This document shows, piece by piece, positions 7,453-20,136 of a stretch of 64,000 nt of DNA. The translations under genes were made by a program, and so were the position numbers. The first letter of the stretch is position 1. Each line of letters opens with the position of its first letter. The notes below the pieces were generated by a model, which was not told the origin of the DNA, did no database searches, and saw only the letters and a list, made by a program, of their open reading frames with translations. The DNA is from Spirochaetia bacterium (GTDB taxonomy: Bacteria > Spirochaetota > Spirochaetia > SZUA-6 > Bin103), in contig CBDBOV010000005.1 in NCBI GenBank assembly GCA_965208575.1, positions 576,001 to 640,000 on the forward strand, read 5' to 3'.

Positions 7453-9558
7453 TCAGGAGGAGGGATCGGCGAGATAGACCTGCAGCCGGTCGATGGCCGG
7501 CGCGAAATCCTGCCGATCGGTCAGGGCAGCGCGGAACAGGTCGCCGCGGCGGGTCAGCATCTCCGGGACGTTGGCGATGGTGAACCGGCTCGGGTGCAGG
7601 TCGCCGTCCAGCTCGTCCCACTCCAGCGGCATCGACACCCGCGCGCCCGGCACCGGCCGCGCCGCGTACGGCGGCACCACCGTGGCGCTCCTGCGGTTCT
7701 GCAGGAAGTCGACGTACACCTTGCCGCCGCGCCCCCGCGGCAGGCGTTCCACGCTCGCGATGTCGGGCAACTCGCGCGCCACCACGCGCGCCACCGCCTC
7801 CATGAACAGCCGCACCTGCTCGTAGCTGAATCCGCCGGCCAGCGCGACGTACACGTGCAGCCCGGACGCGCCGGAGGTCTTGATGGCGGGGCGCAGGCCG
7901 ATGCCGCGCAGCACCTTGCCGGCCGTACGCGCCACGCGCACCGCGTTGGCGAAACTGGTCTCCTTGGCGTCCAGGTCCAGCACCGCGTAGTCGGGCACGG
8001 CCAGGCTGCCGCGCCGCGACAGCCAGGGGTGCAGCTCGATGCTGCCCAGGTTGACCAGGTAGAGCAGGGTGCGCAGGTCGTTGCAGATGAACTGCCGGGT
8101 GTGGCGGTCGTCCACCTCCACCAGCTCCACCCAGTCCGGAATCCCGGCCGGCGCCTGGCGCTGGAAGAACGACTTGCCGCCGATGCCGTCCGGGAACCGG
8201 TTCATGTGCACCGGCCGGTCGCGCAGGTAGGGCAGAAGGTGGTCGGCAACCTGCTCGTAGTACGCCAGCAGGTCGCCCTTGGTGTAGCCGTCGTCGGGCC
8301 AGTACACCTTATCCAGGTTGCTGAACTGGACGTCGGCCTGCTCACGTTGCCGGCCGGCGGCCGCCGACAGGGCGGCGCGCACCTCCACTTCGCGCGCCTC
8401 CGCCGACGCCTTGAGGGGCACGCGCCGCCAGTCGGACTGGGCTCCCGATCGATAGGTGCTGGCGGCGCGCTTGGCGATCAGGCCGTGGAAGCCGGCGCCG
8501 GCGGCCACCGCCGCGAGGCTCTCCCCGCCGGCGGTTACGTGGTCGGCATACAGCAGCGACGGCAGCGACGGCAGCAGCGAGCGCAGGAGCTGCTTGCGCT
8601 CCAGGAGCGGCAGGCCGCGCAGGTCCCACTCGTCGTAGTGCAGCAGGTCGAACGCGTAGAATGCCACCGTACCCGCCGGTGCCGCGCCCGGACCCTCCGC
8701 TGCGTGCCGCGCGGGTCTGCCGTGCCGGTCGAGGGCCACGATCACCCCGTCGAGCAGCGCCTGCGAGGCGCGCACGCGGGCGAGGTCGCCTTCCACGGCA
8801 GCGCGGATCGGCGCGGTGAGCGTGGCCGGGCTCCCGTCCGGCGTTGCGAACGCCACTTCGCCGCCGGTGACCGAGGCGAGCACGCGCAGGCCGTCGAACT
8901 CCAGCTCGAACAGCCAGTCCGGGTCGGAGAACTGCTCGTGGTCGGCGCCCGCCGCCATCGCGCGCGGGCGCGCCGGCATCGGTGCCGGGCGGGCGGGCGC
9001 CGGGTCGATCACCGGCGGCGCCGGCTCGCCGGGTTCGCGGGCGTAGCGGTCGCGCGCCTTGAACAGCAGCCACTCGTCGTTGCCGCTCTGCCCGGCGCGC
9101 GTGCGCACCAGGTGCCATTCGCCGCGCAGGCGGCGGCCGCGCAGCACCACCTTCACTTCACCGGCGGCGATGGCGGCGGCCAGGTGTTCCGCCTTCAGCA
9201 CTTCGTAGGAGCCGGTGTCCCAGATCAGCATGGTGCCGGCGCCGTACTCGCCCTTGGGAATGACCCCTTCGAAGGTGCGGTAGCGCAGCGGGTGGTCCTC
9301 GGTGTGCACGGCAAGGTGCTTGACCGCCGGGTCGTAAGAGAAGCCGCGCGGCACCGCCCAGCACACCAGCACGCTGTCGGTGGCCATGCGCAGGTCGTAG
9401 TGCAGGCCGCGCGCCTCGTGGCGGTGGATCACGAAGGTGCCGTCCGCCGCCGGGATTCCTGCCTCGTCCGCCGCTGCCGGCGACGGCCGCGGCTCCGGAG
9501 TACGGGCAAAGTCGCGCCTGGCGTCGTAGTCCGCGGTTGATCCTGGAGAGCCGGCCAT
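7453..9558 (-). CDS. ligD: LigD-like protein: phosphoesterase + degenerate ligase + primase-polymerase domains
   Basis: PE: DYDARRDFARTPEP, FVIHRHEARGLHYDLR, WAVPRG, TEDHP; Pol: SNLDKVYWP, TKGDLLAYY, RFPDGI, VLDLD, KTSGASGLH, VYVDFLQN; ligase motif I reads FELEFDG (no Lys). Confidence 0.9.
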   Translation of the reverse strand: MAGSPGSTADYDARRDFARTPEPRPSPAAADEAGIPAADGTFVIHRHEARGLHYDLRMATDSVLVCWAVPRGFSYDPAVKHLAVHTEDHPLRYRTFEGVIPKGEYGAGTMLIWDTGSYEVLKAEHLAAAIAAGEVKVVLRGRRLRGEWHLVRTRAGQSGNDEWLLFKARDRYAREPGEPAPPVIDPAPARPAPMPARPRAMAAGADHEQFSDPDWLFELEFDGLRVLASVTGGEVAFATPDGSPATLTAPIRAAVEGDLARVRASQALLDGVIVALDRHGRPARHAAEGPGAAPAGTVAFYAFDLLHYDEWDLRGLPLLERKQLLRSLLPSLPSLLYADHVTAGGESLAAVAAGAGFHGLIAKRAASTYRSGAQSDWRRVPLKASAEAREVEVRAALSAAAGRQREQADVQFSNLDKVYWPDDGYTKGDLLAYYEQVADHLLPYLRDRPVHMNRFPDGIGGKSFFQRQAPAGIPDWVELVEVDDRHTRQFICNDLRTLLYLVNLGSIELHPWLSRRGSLAVPDYAVLDLDAKETSFANAVRVARTAGKVLRGIGLRPAIKTSGASGLHVYVALAGGFSYEQVRLFMEAVARVVARELPDIASVERLPRGRGGKVYVDFLQNRRSATVVPPYAARPVPGARVSMPLEWDELDGDLHPSRFTIANVPEMLTRRGDLFRAALTDRQDFAPAIDRLQVYLADPSS

Positions 9559-9665
9559 CGCTACCGCGAGCACCGTAGCCACGCCGGTGAACCGTGGCAA
9601 GCGGCGTCGCGGCGTTGCTTCGGAGGGCCCCGCCGTGCGACCTTGCGAAGGCTGGCGGGCGACCC

Positions 9666-10067
9666 GTGAACGAACCACTACCGCAGCCGTACCTGGAGTG
9701 CATCCGGCGCTACAACGCCGGCAGCCATTGGCATGCGCACGAGGTTCTGGAGGATCTGTGGCGGGCGACGGAAGACCCCGAGCGGCGCCGGTTCTACCAG
9801 GGCGTGATCCAGTTGGCGGCCGCCTTTGTGCATGCCGAGCGTGGCAACATGCGCGGCGTGCGGCGGCTGTTGGCGAAGGCAGGCGCCAAGCTCGCGGAGG
9901 TACCCTCCCCCTATCTCGCGCTCGATGTCGGTGCGTTGCTGAAGGCGATGACGGAGGTCGATCGCGAAGCGCGTGCGGTGGGCGGCAGCCCGGGGCGTAC
10001 CTTCGACTGGTGCTGCAAGCCGCTGCTGGAACTGATGCCGGAAAGCCGCCCGCTGACGGAGGAGTGA
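9666..10067 (+). CDS. DUF309 family protein
   Basis: YNAGSHWHAHEVLEDLW...FYQGVIQLAAAFVH signature; GTG 9666 start assumed. Confidence 0.85.
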   Translation: MNEPLPQPYLECIRRYNAGSHWHAHEVLEDLWRATEDPERRRFYQGVIQLAAAFVHAERGNMRGVRRLLAKAGAKLAEVPSPYLALDVGALLKAMTEVDREARAVGGSPGRTFDWCCKPLLELMPESRPLTEE

Positions 10068-11065
10068 TGCCACGGCGACAGAACGCACCGCGGAACGGGA
10101 CCGGCGCCGCTGTCCGCCTGCCCGCCGTAGCCGACCTGCATGCGGCCGCCGAACGCATCGGCCCGTACGTACACCGCACGCCGGTGTTCACCAACTCGTT
10201 CCTGGATGCGGAGAGCGGGGCGCGGCTGTTCTTCAAGGCCGAGAACCTGCAGAAGGTGGGGGCGTTCAAGATGCGCGGCGCCGCCAACTTCGTGCTGCAG
10301 CTCACCGCCGCCGAGGCGCGGCGCGGCGTGGTGACCCACTCGTCGGGCAACCACGGCCAGGCGGTGGCGGCGGCGGCGGGGGCCCGCGGCGTGCAGGCCA
10401 CGGTGGTGATGCCGCGCAGCTCGTCGCCGGTCAAGCGGGCAGCGGTGGCCGGCTACGGGGCGCGTGTGCAGTTGTGCGCCGACGGTGATACGGCGCGCGC
10501 CGCCGCCGCCGAGCGGATCGTGGCCGAGGAGGGCGCGACGCTGATCCACCCCTACGGCCACCCTCGCATCGTCGCCGGCCAGGGTACCCTGGCGCTGGAG
10601 CTGTTCGAACAGGTTGCGGCGCTGGACGCTGTGGTGGCCCCGGTGGGCGGCGGCGGCTGCCTGAGCGGCATCAGCGTGGCGGCGCGCGGCCTGCACCCGG
10701 AGATAGCCGTATTCGGCGCCGAGCCCGCAGCGGCCGACGACGCGGCGCGCTCCCTCGCCGCCGGGCGCATCATCCCCGTCGAGCAGCCGGCCACGGTGGC
10801 CGACGGCTTGCGCACCTCCCTGGCCCCGCTCACCTTTGCCCTGCTGCGCACGGGCCGGGTGGCGATCCTGACCGTATCGGAATCCAACATCATCGCCGCC
10901 ATGCGGCTCATCTGGACGCGCATGAAGCTGATCGTCGAACCCTCCGCCGCAGTCTCCCTGGCCGCCGTGCTCGCCCATCCGGAGCCGTTCCGCGGCCGGC
11001 GCGTCGGCATAGTCCTGACCGGGGGCAACGTCGACCTCGACCGCCTGCCGTGGGCGCCCGACTGA
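10067..11065 (+). CDS. PLP-dependent serine/threonine dehydratase (serine racemase-like)
   Basis: KAENLQKVGAFKMRGA, HSSGNHGQ, PVGGGG, EPSAA, TGGNVD; ATG overlaps the upstream TGA. Confidence 0.92.
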   Translation: MPRRQNAPRNGTGAAVRLPAVADLHAAAERIGPYVHRTPVFTNSFLDAESGARLFFKAENLQKVGAFKMRGAANFVLQLTAAEARRGVVTHSSGNHGQAVAAAAGARGVQATVVMPRSSSPVKRAAVAGYGARVQLCADGDTARAAAAERIVAEEGATLIHPYGHPRIVAGQGTLALELFEQVAALDAVVAPVGGGGCLSGISVAARGLHPEIAVFGAEPAAADDAARSLAAGRIIPVEQPATVADGLRTSLAPLTFALLRTGRVAILTVSESNIIAAMRLIWTRMKLIVEPSAAVSLAAVLAHPEPFRGRRVGIVLTGGNVDLDRLPWAPD

Positions 11066-11146
11066 CGGCGCCCGCCTGCGCGCTCCGCCCGGCTCGATTA
11101 TGCGTTGCGTCAGGCGGCGCAAGGCGTTAGCTTACAGGGCGACGCC

Positions 11147-14100
11147 GTGAGTACTACAACACATCATATTCCCGAGCGGCCCTCGGCGGCTGCTCGCCAG
11201 TCTCGTGAGGCGGTGCAGAACGTCGCCGACTTCCTTGCCGACCTCGGACCGCGAGTGACCGGCGAGCTGCGTACCGACCTCTACAGCCGCATGCTGTACA
11301 GCACCGATGCCAGCATCTACCAGGTGATGCCGCATGCCGTCCTGATCCCGCGCAACGCGGACGACGTGCAGGCTGCCGTCACCCTGGCGCACGAGCGGAA
11401 CATCCCGATCGTGCCGCGCACCGCCGGCTCCAGCCTGGCCGGGCAGGCGATCGGCGAAGCGCTGATCATCGACTTCTCGCGTCATCTCGATGCCGTCGTC
11501 GAGCTCAACAAGGAAGAGAGTTGGGTACGGGTGCAGCCGGGCATCGTGCTCGACGAGCTCAACCTGTACCTGAAGCCGCACGGCCTGCAGTTCGGCCCCG
11601 ACCCGGCGAGCAGCAACCGCGCCGCCATGGGCGGCATCGTGGCCAACAACTCCACCGGCTCGCACTCCATCCTGTACGGCATGACCGCCGATCACGTGCT
11701 GGAGCTGGACACGTTCCTGAGCGACGGCACCGCCGCCCACCTGGCGCCGGTCGAAGACGGCGCGCTGGCGCAGTTCCAGCGGCGCCCCGGCCTCGAAGGC
11801 CGTCTGTATCGCGGCATCGCCGAGCTGGCGCGCGACAACGTGGACGCCATCCTGGCCGGCACCCCCAAGCACTGGCGCAGGTGCGGCGGCTACAACCTGG
11901 ACCGCTTCGTCGACGGCGCCTCGTTCCGCTACCCGCGCGATCCGCGCTTCAACCTGGCCAAGATGATCTCCGGCTCGGAAGGCACCCTGGCGGTGATGAC
12001 CGAACTGAAGCTGGGCGTGGTCGACCTGCCGACCCGCACCGGGCTGGCGGTGGTGCACTTCGACAGCCTGTACGAGGCGCTGTCGTCGGTGCCGGCGATG
12101 CTGGAGACGCGCCCGAGCGCCATCGAGCTGCTCGACAACCTCGGCCTCACCCTGTGCCGCGGCGTGCCGCAGTACGCGCGCCTGCTGTCCACCTTCGTGG
12201 AAGGCAACCCCGACTGCGTGCTGATCACCGAGTTTCGCGGCGAAACCGAAACGGAGCTGCGCGAGTCGGTGGACAATCTGCAGCGCCACCTGACCCGCCA
12301 GGGCGTCAGGACGCACACCGTGGCGGCGATAGATCCGCAGTTGCAGACCAACGTGTGGACGGTGCGCAAGGTGGGCCTGGGCCTGATGATGAGCATCAAG
12401 GGCGACTACAAGCCGATCCCGTTCATCGAGGATGCCGCCGTGCCGCCGCAGCACCTGGCCAACTACGTGACCGAGATCCAGCGCTTCTGCAAGGAGGTGG
12501 GCACCGAGCGGGTGGCGATGTACGCGCACGCCAGCGCCGGCTGCCTGCACATCAGGCCGCTGATCAACGCCAAGCTGGCGGCCGACGTGGAGCGGCTGCC
12601 GAAGATCGCCTCGTTCGCGGCGGAACTGCTCGGCCGTTATGGCGGCTCGCTGTCCAGCGAGCATGGCGACGGGCGCGTGCGAAGCTGGCTCAACGAGCAG
12701 TTTTTCGGGCGCGAACTGTACGGCCTGTACCGCCAGGTGAAGGGCATCTTCGACCCCGCCGGCATCCTCAACCCGGGGCAGGTGGTGGATGCGCCGCCGA
12801 TGACCCGGGATCTGCGCTACGGCGCCGAATACCAGGCGCTGCAGCAGCCCGAGCATCTCGACTTCAGCAGCGACCAGGGCTTCGACCGCGCGGTCGAAAT
12901 GTGCAATGGCGCCGGCATCTGCCGCAAGAAGACCGAGGGCACCATGTGCCCCTCGTTCATGGTCACCCGCGAGGAGGAACACAGTACCCGCGGGCGCGCC
13001 AACCTGCTGCGCGCCGCCATGAGCGGTCGCCTGCCGGCCGAGGAGCTGACCGGAGAGCGCATCTACGCCGCCATGGACCTGTGCATCGAGTGCAAGGCGT
13101 GCAAGGCGGAGTGCCCGTCGTCGGTGGACATGGCCAAGGTGAAGTTCGAGTACCTGGCGCGCTACTACGAGGCCAATCCGGTGCCGCCCCGGGTGCGCTT
13201 CTTCGCCGACATCGCCAGTGCCAGCCGGGCCGGAAGCGGCTGGCGCGCCCCGATCGTGAACGCCCTGCTCGGTGCCGCCCCGGTGCGCCGGCTGCTGGAG
13301 AAGACGCTCGGAATCAGCAGCAAGCGTACGCTGCCGCGCTTCGCCGAGCGGCCGTTCACGCGCTGGTTCGCCGAACGCGCCGCCTCCGGTCACGGCGTCG
13401 GGCCGGGCACGCCTTCCCAAACGCCCGCAACGGCGCCCCCCGCGCAACTCAACGGCGGCGCGTATGCGCCGGCGGCGAACGGCGCTCCGGCGCACGGGTC
13501 AGCCGCGCCGCCGCGCAGCGTGGTGCTGTTCAACGACACGTTCAACACCTACAACGAGCCGGAGGTGGCGATCGCCGCCGTCGAGGTGCTGGAGGCCGCC
13601 GGCTACCGCGTGGTGCTGCCGGGCCACTGGTGCTGCGGGCGCCCCATGGTGTCCAAGGGCCTGGTGGAGCAGGCGCGCGCGGCCGCCCGCGCCACGGTCG
13701 ACAAGCTGCACCCGCTGGTCGCGCAGGGCATGCCGGTGGTCGGCCTGGAGCCGAGCTGCATCCTCACCCTCAAGGACGAGTACCTGTCGCTGCTGCCCGG
13801 CGACGCCAAGGCGCAGGCGGTGGCGGAGGCGGTATCCACCTTCGAGGAGTTCGTCGCCGCCGAAACCGAGGCGGGCCGCTTTGCGCTGCAGTTCGCGCCC
13901 GACGCGGGGCGCGTGCTGCTGCACGGCCACTGCCACCAGAAGGCGCTGGTCGGCACCGGGCCCAGCCACCAGGTGCTGAACCAGGCCGGCTACAGCGTGG
14001 AAGAGGTGGACTCGGGCTGCTGCGGCATGGCCGGCTCCTTCGGCTACGAGGCGGAACACCTCGAGGTGTCGCTGGCCATGGCCGAACGCCGCCTGCTGCC

Positions 14101-14242
14101 CGCCGTCCGTGCCGCCGGCGACGACACCCTGATCGCCGCCGCGGGAACAAGCTGCCGGCACCAGATCGCCCACGGGTGCACCCGCAAGGCGCTGCACCCG
14201 GCCCAGATCCTCCGCAACGCCCTGTCCGCCGATCAGCGTTGA
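11147..14242 (+). CDS. FAD-binding/Fe-S oxidoreductase (GlcD-GlcF fusion, YdiJ-like)
   Basis: YSTDASIY, GSSLAGQ, GSEGTL, SEHGDGR, CNGAGIC, CIECKACKAECP and two CCG domains. Confidence 0.92.
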   Translation: MSTTTHHIPERPSAAARQSREAVQNVADFLADLGPRVTGELRTDLYSRMLYSTDASIYQVMPHAVLIPRNADDVQAAVTLAHERNIPIVPRTAGSSLAGQAIGEALIIDFSRHLDAVVELNKEESWVRVQPGIVLDELNLYLKPHGLQFGPDPASSNRAAMGGIVANNSTGSHSILYGMTADHVLELDTFLSDGTAAHLAPVEDGALAQFQRRPGLEGRLYRGIAELARDNVDAILAGTPKHWRRCGGYNLDRFVDGASFRYPRDPRFNLAKMISGSEGTLAVMTELKLGVVDLPTRTGLAVVHFDSLYEALSSVPAMLETRPSAIELLDNLGLTLCRGVPQYARLLSTFVEGNPDCVLITEFRGETETELRESVDNLQRHLTRQGVRTHTVAAIDPQLQTNVWTVRKVGLGLMMSIKGDYKPIPFIEDAAVPPQHLANYVTEIQRFCKEVGTERVAMYAHASAGCLHIRPLINAKLAADVERLPKIASFAAELLGRYGGSLSSEHGDGRVRSWLNEQFFGRELYGLYRQVKGIFDPAGILNPGQVVDAPPMTRDLRYGAEYQALQQPEHLDFSSDQGFDRAVEMCNGAGICRKKTEGTMCPSFMVTREEEHSTRGRANLLRAAMSGRLPAEELTGERIYAAMDLCIECKACKAECPSSVDMAKVKFEYLARYYEANPVPPRVRFFADIASASRAGSGWRAPIVNALLGAAPVRRLLEKTLGISSKRTLPRFAERPFTRWFAERAASGHGVGPGTPSQTPATAPPAQLNGGAYAPAANGAPAHGSAAPPRSVVLFNDTFNTYNEPEVAIAAVEVLEAAGYRVVLPGHWCCGRPMVSKGLVEQARAAARATVDKLHPLVAQGMPVVGLEPSCILTLKDEYLSLLPGDAKAQAVAEAVSTFEEFVAAETEAGRFALQFAPDAGRVLLHGHCHQKALVGTGPSHQVLNQAGYSVEEVDSGCCGMAGSFGYEAEHLEVSLAMAERRLLPAVRAAGDDTLIAAAGTSCRHQIAHGCTRKALHPAQILRNALSADQR

Positions 14243-14254
14243 CGGTCGCTCAAT

Positions 14255-16024
14255 TCAGTCCGGCCCGTGCACGGCTTCGCATGACACCATTTCCCAACCG
14301 CGAAACACCACCGCCAAGCCGACGAACCGCACCGACGGGTAGCGACGCGCCAGGGATTCGTCGGCCAGATACCGCCGCAGTTGGGCGGCCGCCTCGCGCA
14401 CCGCGGCGCCGCCGCCGGGCTCGCCGGACTCGCCGCGCTGCAAGCGCTCGGAGCGCTTCAGGTAGTTGAGCTCGATCACGTAGCCGAAGCGCAGGCCGGG
14501 GTAGCGCACCAGGAACGGCTCCAGGCAGATATCCGCGTAGCCACCGCCGAGTTCGCGCTCCGAATGGAACAGGAAGTAGTCGGTCACGTTCAGATAGGCG
14601 GCCAGGAACCCCTGCACCACCTTCTCGCCGTCGATGTAGTCGCGGATGCCGGTCTGCCGGGAGATCGCCTCGCCCAGGAACTCCATGACCGGCCGCCAGG
14701 CGCCGCGGAACCCCATCTCGTGGGTCAGGCGACTGAAGCCGTACAGGTCGATGGAGAAGGCGCCGACGTCGCGGTATGCGTCGCGCAAGTAGCCATACAT
14801 CAGCCGCTTGACGGTCTGGTTCGGGATGCCGAGCCGCGGCACTCCGTCGGCCGCGCCGCGGATGCTCAGCAGACCGAAATAGTACAGCAGGGAGACGAAG
14901 TTCTCGCGCTGGTCCAGCCGGTCCAGCGGGAACCCGGTCTGCACCGGACCGTCCGCCGTCTCCTCGCCGATGATCTGCCGCAGCAGGTCGAAGTTGCCGT
15001 TCAGTTGCCGGTTGACCACCAGCAGATGGCGCAGCTTGCCGTAGTCGATGCGGACGTTGGTGTCGATCATCTCGTCAGGCGCCGGCTCGTTCGGCAGGGA
15101 CTCCTTGAGGTAGTACAGGACCATGTCGGTGTTGTAGACGCTGGGCTCGGCGCCGGTGGCGAACCGGTAGCCGTCATACCACTCGCGCATCAGGTCCAGG
15201 GCAGTGTCCACGTCCTGACCGAACGCTCCGTGCGCCCGATACATCTCCAGCAGGTTGCGCACCTCCGGCTCCGTGAAGCCCAGCATCTCGTTGAATCTCG
15301 ACTTCAGGCTGATGTTGGAGCCGATGTTGAAGCCGCTGGTGACGTCGTCCATGGTGATCGGCGAGACGCCGGTGATGAACAGGCGCTCCAGGCCGCCGCC
15401 GCTGCGTCCCGTCGCGACCTTCAGGACGGCGAAGAAGTTGCGGTAGAAGCCGCCGCCGTGGGTGAACGACTGGTACGCCTCGGCGCCGCGATGCGCAAGC
15501 ACGGTGTTGGCGAAGTTGTCGTACTCGTCGATGAGCACGTACAGCGGAATGCTCCACCTCCTGGCGTGCCGGAACAGTTCGTTGAGCTTGGCGTCGATCG
15601 ACGGCGGGTCAAGGATGCGCTGCGCCGCGTCGGCCGGGAACACGTCCGGATTGCGCTCGAGCGTGTCCCGTAGCTCCATGGCGCAATAGATCTCGAACTC
15701 CCGCTCCAGGGTTTCGAGCGTGTCGTTGACCGCGGAGAAGTCGAACCGCAGGATGACGTAGCGGGAGCGGTTCGGCGTGGGGTTGCGCCCGATGTCGGTG
15801 CCGGCGAACAGAGTCTCGAACCGGTCGGCCCGGTTGCGGTCGTAGTAGTGCTCCAGGAGGGACACCCAGCACGACTTGCCGAAGCGGCGCGGACGGATCA
15901 GGAACGCGTAGCGCTCCTCCTCCAGGTGGTGGAGGAAGCGGGTCTTGTCCACGTAGAGCCGGCGCTCCAGCCGGATCGCCTCGAAGTCGGCCCAGCCGTA
16001 AGGAATCCGCGGGTAGGTAGGCAT
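14255..16024 (-). CDS. AAA-ATPase-like protein with C-terminal PD-(D/E)XK nuclease-like domain
   Basis: IPYG..DFE.IR...YVDKT, RPRRFGKS Walker A, VLIDEYD Walker B, C-terminal SERELGGGYADI...GYVIELNY. Confidence 0.9.
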   Translation of the reverse strand: MPTYPRIPYGWADFEAIRLERRLYVDKTRFLHHLEEERYAFLIRPRRFGKSCWVSLLEHYYDRNRADRFETLFAGTDIGRNPTPNRSRYVILRFDFSAVNDTLETLEREFEIYCAMELRDTLERNPDVFPADAAQRILDPPSIDAKLNELFRHARRWSIPLYVLIDEYDNFANTVLAHRGAEAYQSFTHGGGFYRNFFAVLKVATGRSGGGLERLFITGVSPITMDDVTSGFNIGSNISLKSRFNEMLGFTEPEVRNLLEMYRAHGAFGQDVDTALDLMREWYDGYRFATGAEPSVYNTDMVLYYLKESLPNEPAPDEMIDTNVRIDYGKLRHLLVVNRQLNGNFDLLRQIIGEETADGPVQTGFPLDRLDQRENFVSLLYYFGLLSIRGAADGVPRLGIPNQTVKRLMYGYLRDAYRDVGAFSIDLYGFSRLTHEMGFRGAWRPVMEFLGEAISRQTGIRDYIDGEKVVQGFLAAYLNVTDYFLFHSERELGGGYADICLEPFLVRYPGLRFGYVIELNYLKRSERLQRGESGEPGGGAAVREAAAQLRRYLADESLARRYPSVRFVGLAVVFRGWEMVSCEAVHGPD

Positions 16025-16083
16025 GGCGGCTTACCGGAGCGGCTCCATGAGCGTTGTACGATTCCGGGCAGAGATCGTTGACT

Positions 16084-16605
16084 TCAACTCGTGCCGGACG
16101 CTCGGGGCGCTCGTCCGTTAGCGGTGAGGAAGGCGCCGGCGGCGTCTTCCACCGACTCCTGGATTGCCTGCAGTATGGACGTTCGGTCGCCGAGACCGAT
16201 GCGGCCGAAGCGGCGGGCGATCAGCATGCGCTGGCCGCCGAGCGGGGAGTGGACGGCGAAGTAGGCGTCGACCGCGTACACGAAGCTGTCGTCCCCCCGG
16301 TCGAGGCAGGAAACCGAGAGATCGAGGTAGAGCTGATCGAACAGCGAACTCGACAGGTTGAGGTGATGCGGCCCGATCCGGACGCCGGTCAGGACGGCAT
16401 CGACTATGCCCTCGGCATGCGCGTTGCCGATGGGGCAGTCGCTGTGCACGCCGTGCAAGTAGTACAGCTCACCCGCGTCACGGGTAGCGGCCTCGATTGC
16501 CTCCAGCACCCAGTCCGGAGAGTCGGCGAACAGGTCCGCGCCGGCGGACAGCAGGAACGCAACACCGCAAACAGCGGCGGCCAGGGCTCGGCTCATACGC
16601 GACAT
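16084..16605 (-). CDS. Hypothetical secreted protein
   Basis: N-terminal signal-like segment (RALAAAVCGVAFLLSAGADLFA); plausible coding composition; no family recognised. Confidence 0.65.
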   Translation of the reverse strand: MSRMSRALAAAVCGVAFLLSAGADLFADSPDWVLEAIEAATRDAGELYYLHGVHSDCPIGNAHAEGIVDAVLTGVRIGPHHLNLSSSLFDQLYLDLSVSCLDRGDDSFVYAVDAYFAVHSPLGGQRMLIARRFGRIGLGDRTSILQAIQESVEDAAGAFLTANGRAPRASGTS

Positions 16606-16636
16606 GCGTCCATGGTGCGCGGCTCCGCCGCCGCGG

Positions 16637-17287
16637 TCAAGGCGGCAGCAGGTGCGCGCGGCCGAAGCCGCGTACCAGGTGGCTCGCCAGCCGGCGCCCG
16701 CTGCCGTCGCGCGGCGATCCGCGCAGGCGCATGGGCGCGTTCAGTCCGGGCTCTTCGGGGCGGCGCAGGTTCATCTGGTCGATGATGACCCCGCGGCGGA
16801 CGTGGTTGTGCAGGTAGCTGATGGTGCCTGCGCGGTCCACCGCCACCACCAGCCCCATGTGGGTCAGCTCGTCATCCCAGCGGCGGTTGCCGTTGCGGTC
16901 CCAGGTGTTGTCGAAGAACACGATGTCGCCGGGCTCGGGCCGGGCATCGGGCGCGGCCCGGAAGTAGAGACGGTGATCGAGCGTCATCCGATGGAGACGC
17001 GCCACGCCGTTGCCCTCGTAGCGGTGGAATTGGGCGCCCAGGTTGATACCGGCGGCGGCGTAGACAGCCAGCACGGCGCCGGTGCAGTCGTCGCGGTACT
17101 CGGTGCCGCCGACGTACAGCCGGTCCACCCCGATCAGGTCGTGCGCCGACCGCACCAGTGCCCGCTGGCGCTCGCTGAGCGAGTGCCGCGCAAGGGACGC
17201 CGGCGCGTAGCGCACGTCCCCGGTCGTACAGGCATTCAGCACCGCCACCGCCAGAGCCGCGCCTGCTGCCATCGCCGCCGCCTTCAC
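16637..17287 (-). CDS. NlpC/P60-CHAP superfamily lipoprotein (putative cell-wall hydrolase)
   Basis: Lipobox-like VLNAC; DCTGAV catalytic Cys, PGDIVFFDNTWD, THMGLV; start GTG 17287 or ATG 17272. Confidence 0.8.
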   Translation of the reverse strand: MKAAAMAAGAALAVAVLNACTTGDVRYAPASLARHSLSERQRALVRSAHDLIGVDRLYVGGTEYRDDCTGAVLAVYAAAGINLGAQFHRYEGNGVARLHRMTLDHRLYFRAAPDARPEPGDIVFFDNTWDRNGNRRWDDELTHMGLVVAVDRAGTISYLHNHVRRGVIIDQMNLRRPEEPGLNAPMRLRGSPRDGSGRRLASHLVRGFGRAHLLPP

Positions 17288-17398
17288 GAGTTCTAGTATC
17301 GGCGCGAGGCGTGCGATCCGACGCCCGCCGGGAGGCGGATCGCTGGACGCGGACCGCGCGCGCGCATACTTTGTGGACCGGAGGTACCGCCGCCGATC

Positions 17399-20131
<2,733 letters not shown>

Positions 20132-20136
20132 TCAGC

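Noticed and set aside
6280-9540. Long antisense or alternate-frame ORFs (also 11521-14469, 29185-32703, 60132-62861 and many others)
   Set aside because: Shadow ORFs expected in very high-GC DNA, overlapping well-supported genes; Arg/Ala/Gly-rich with no recognisable motifs
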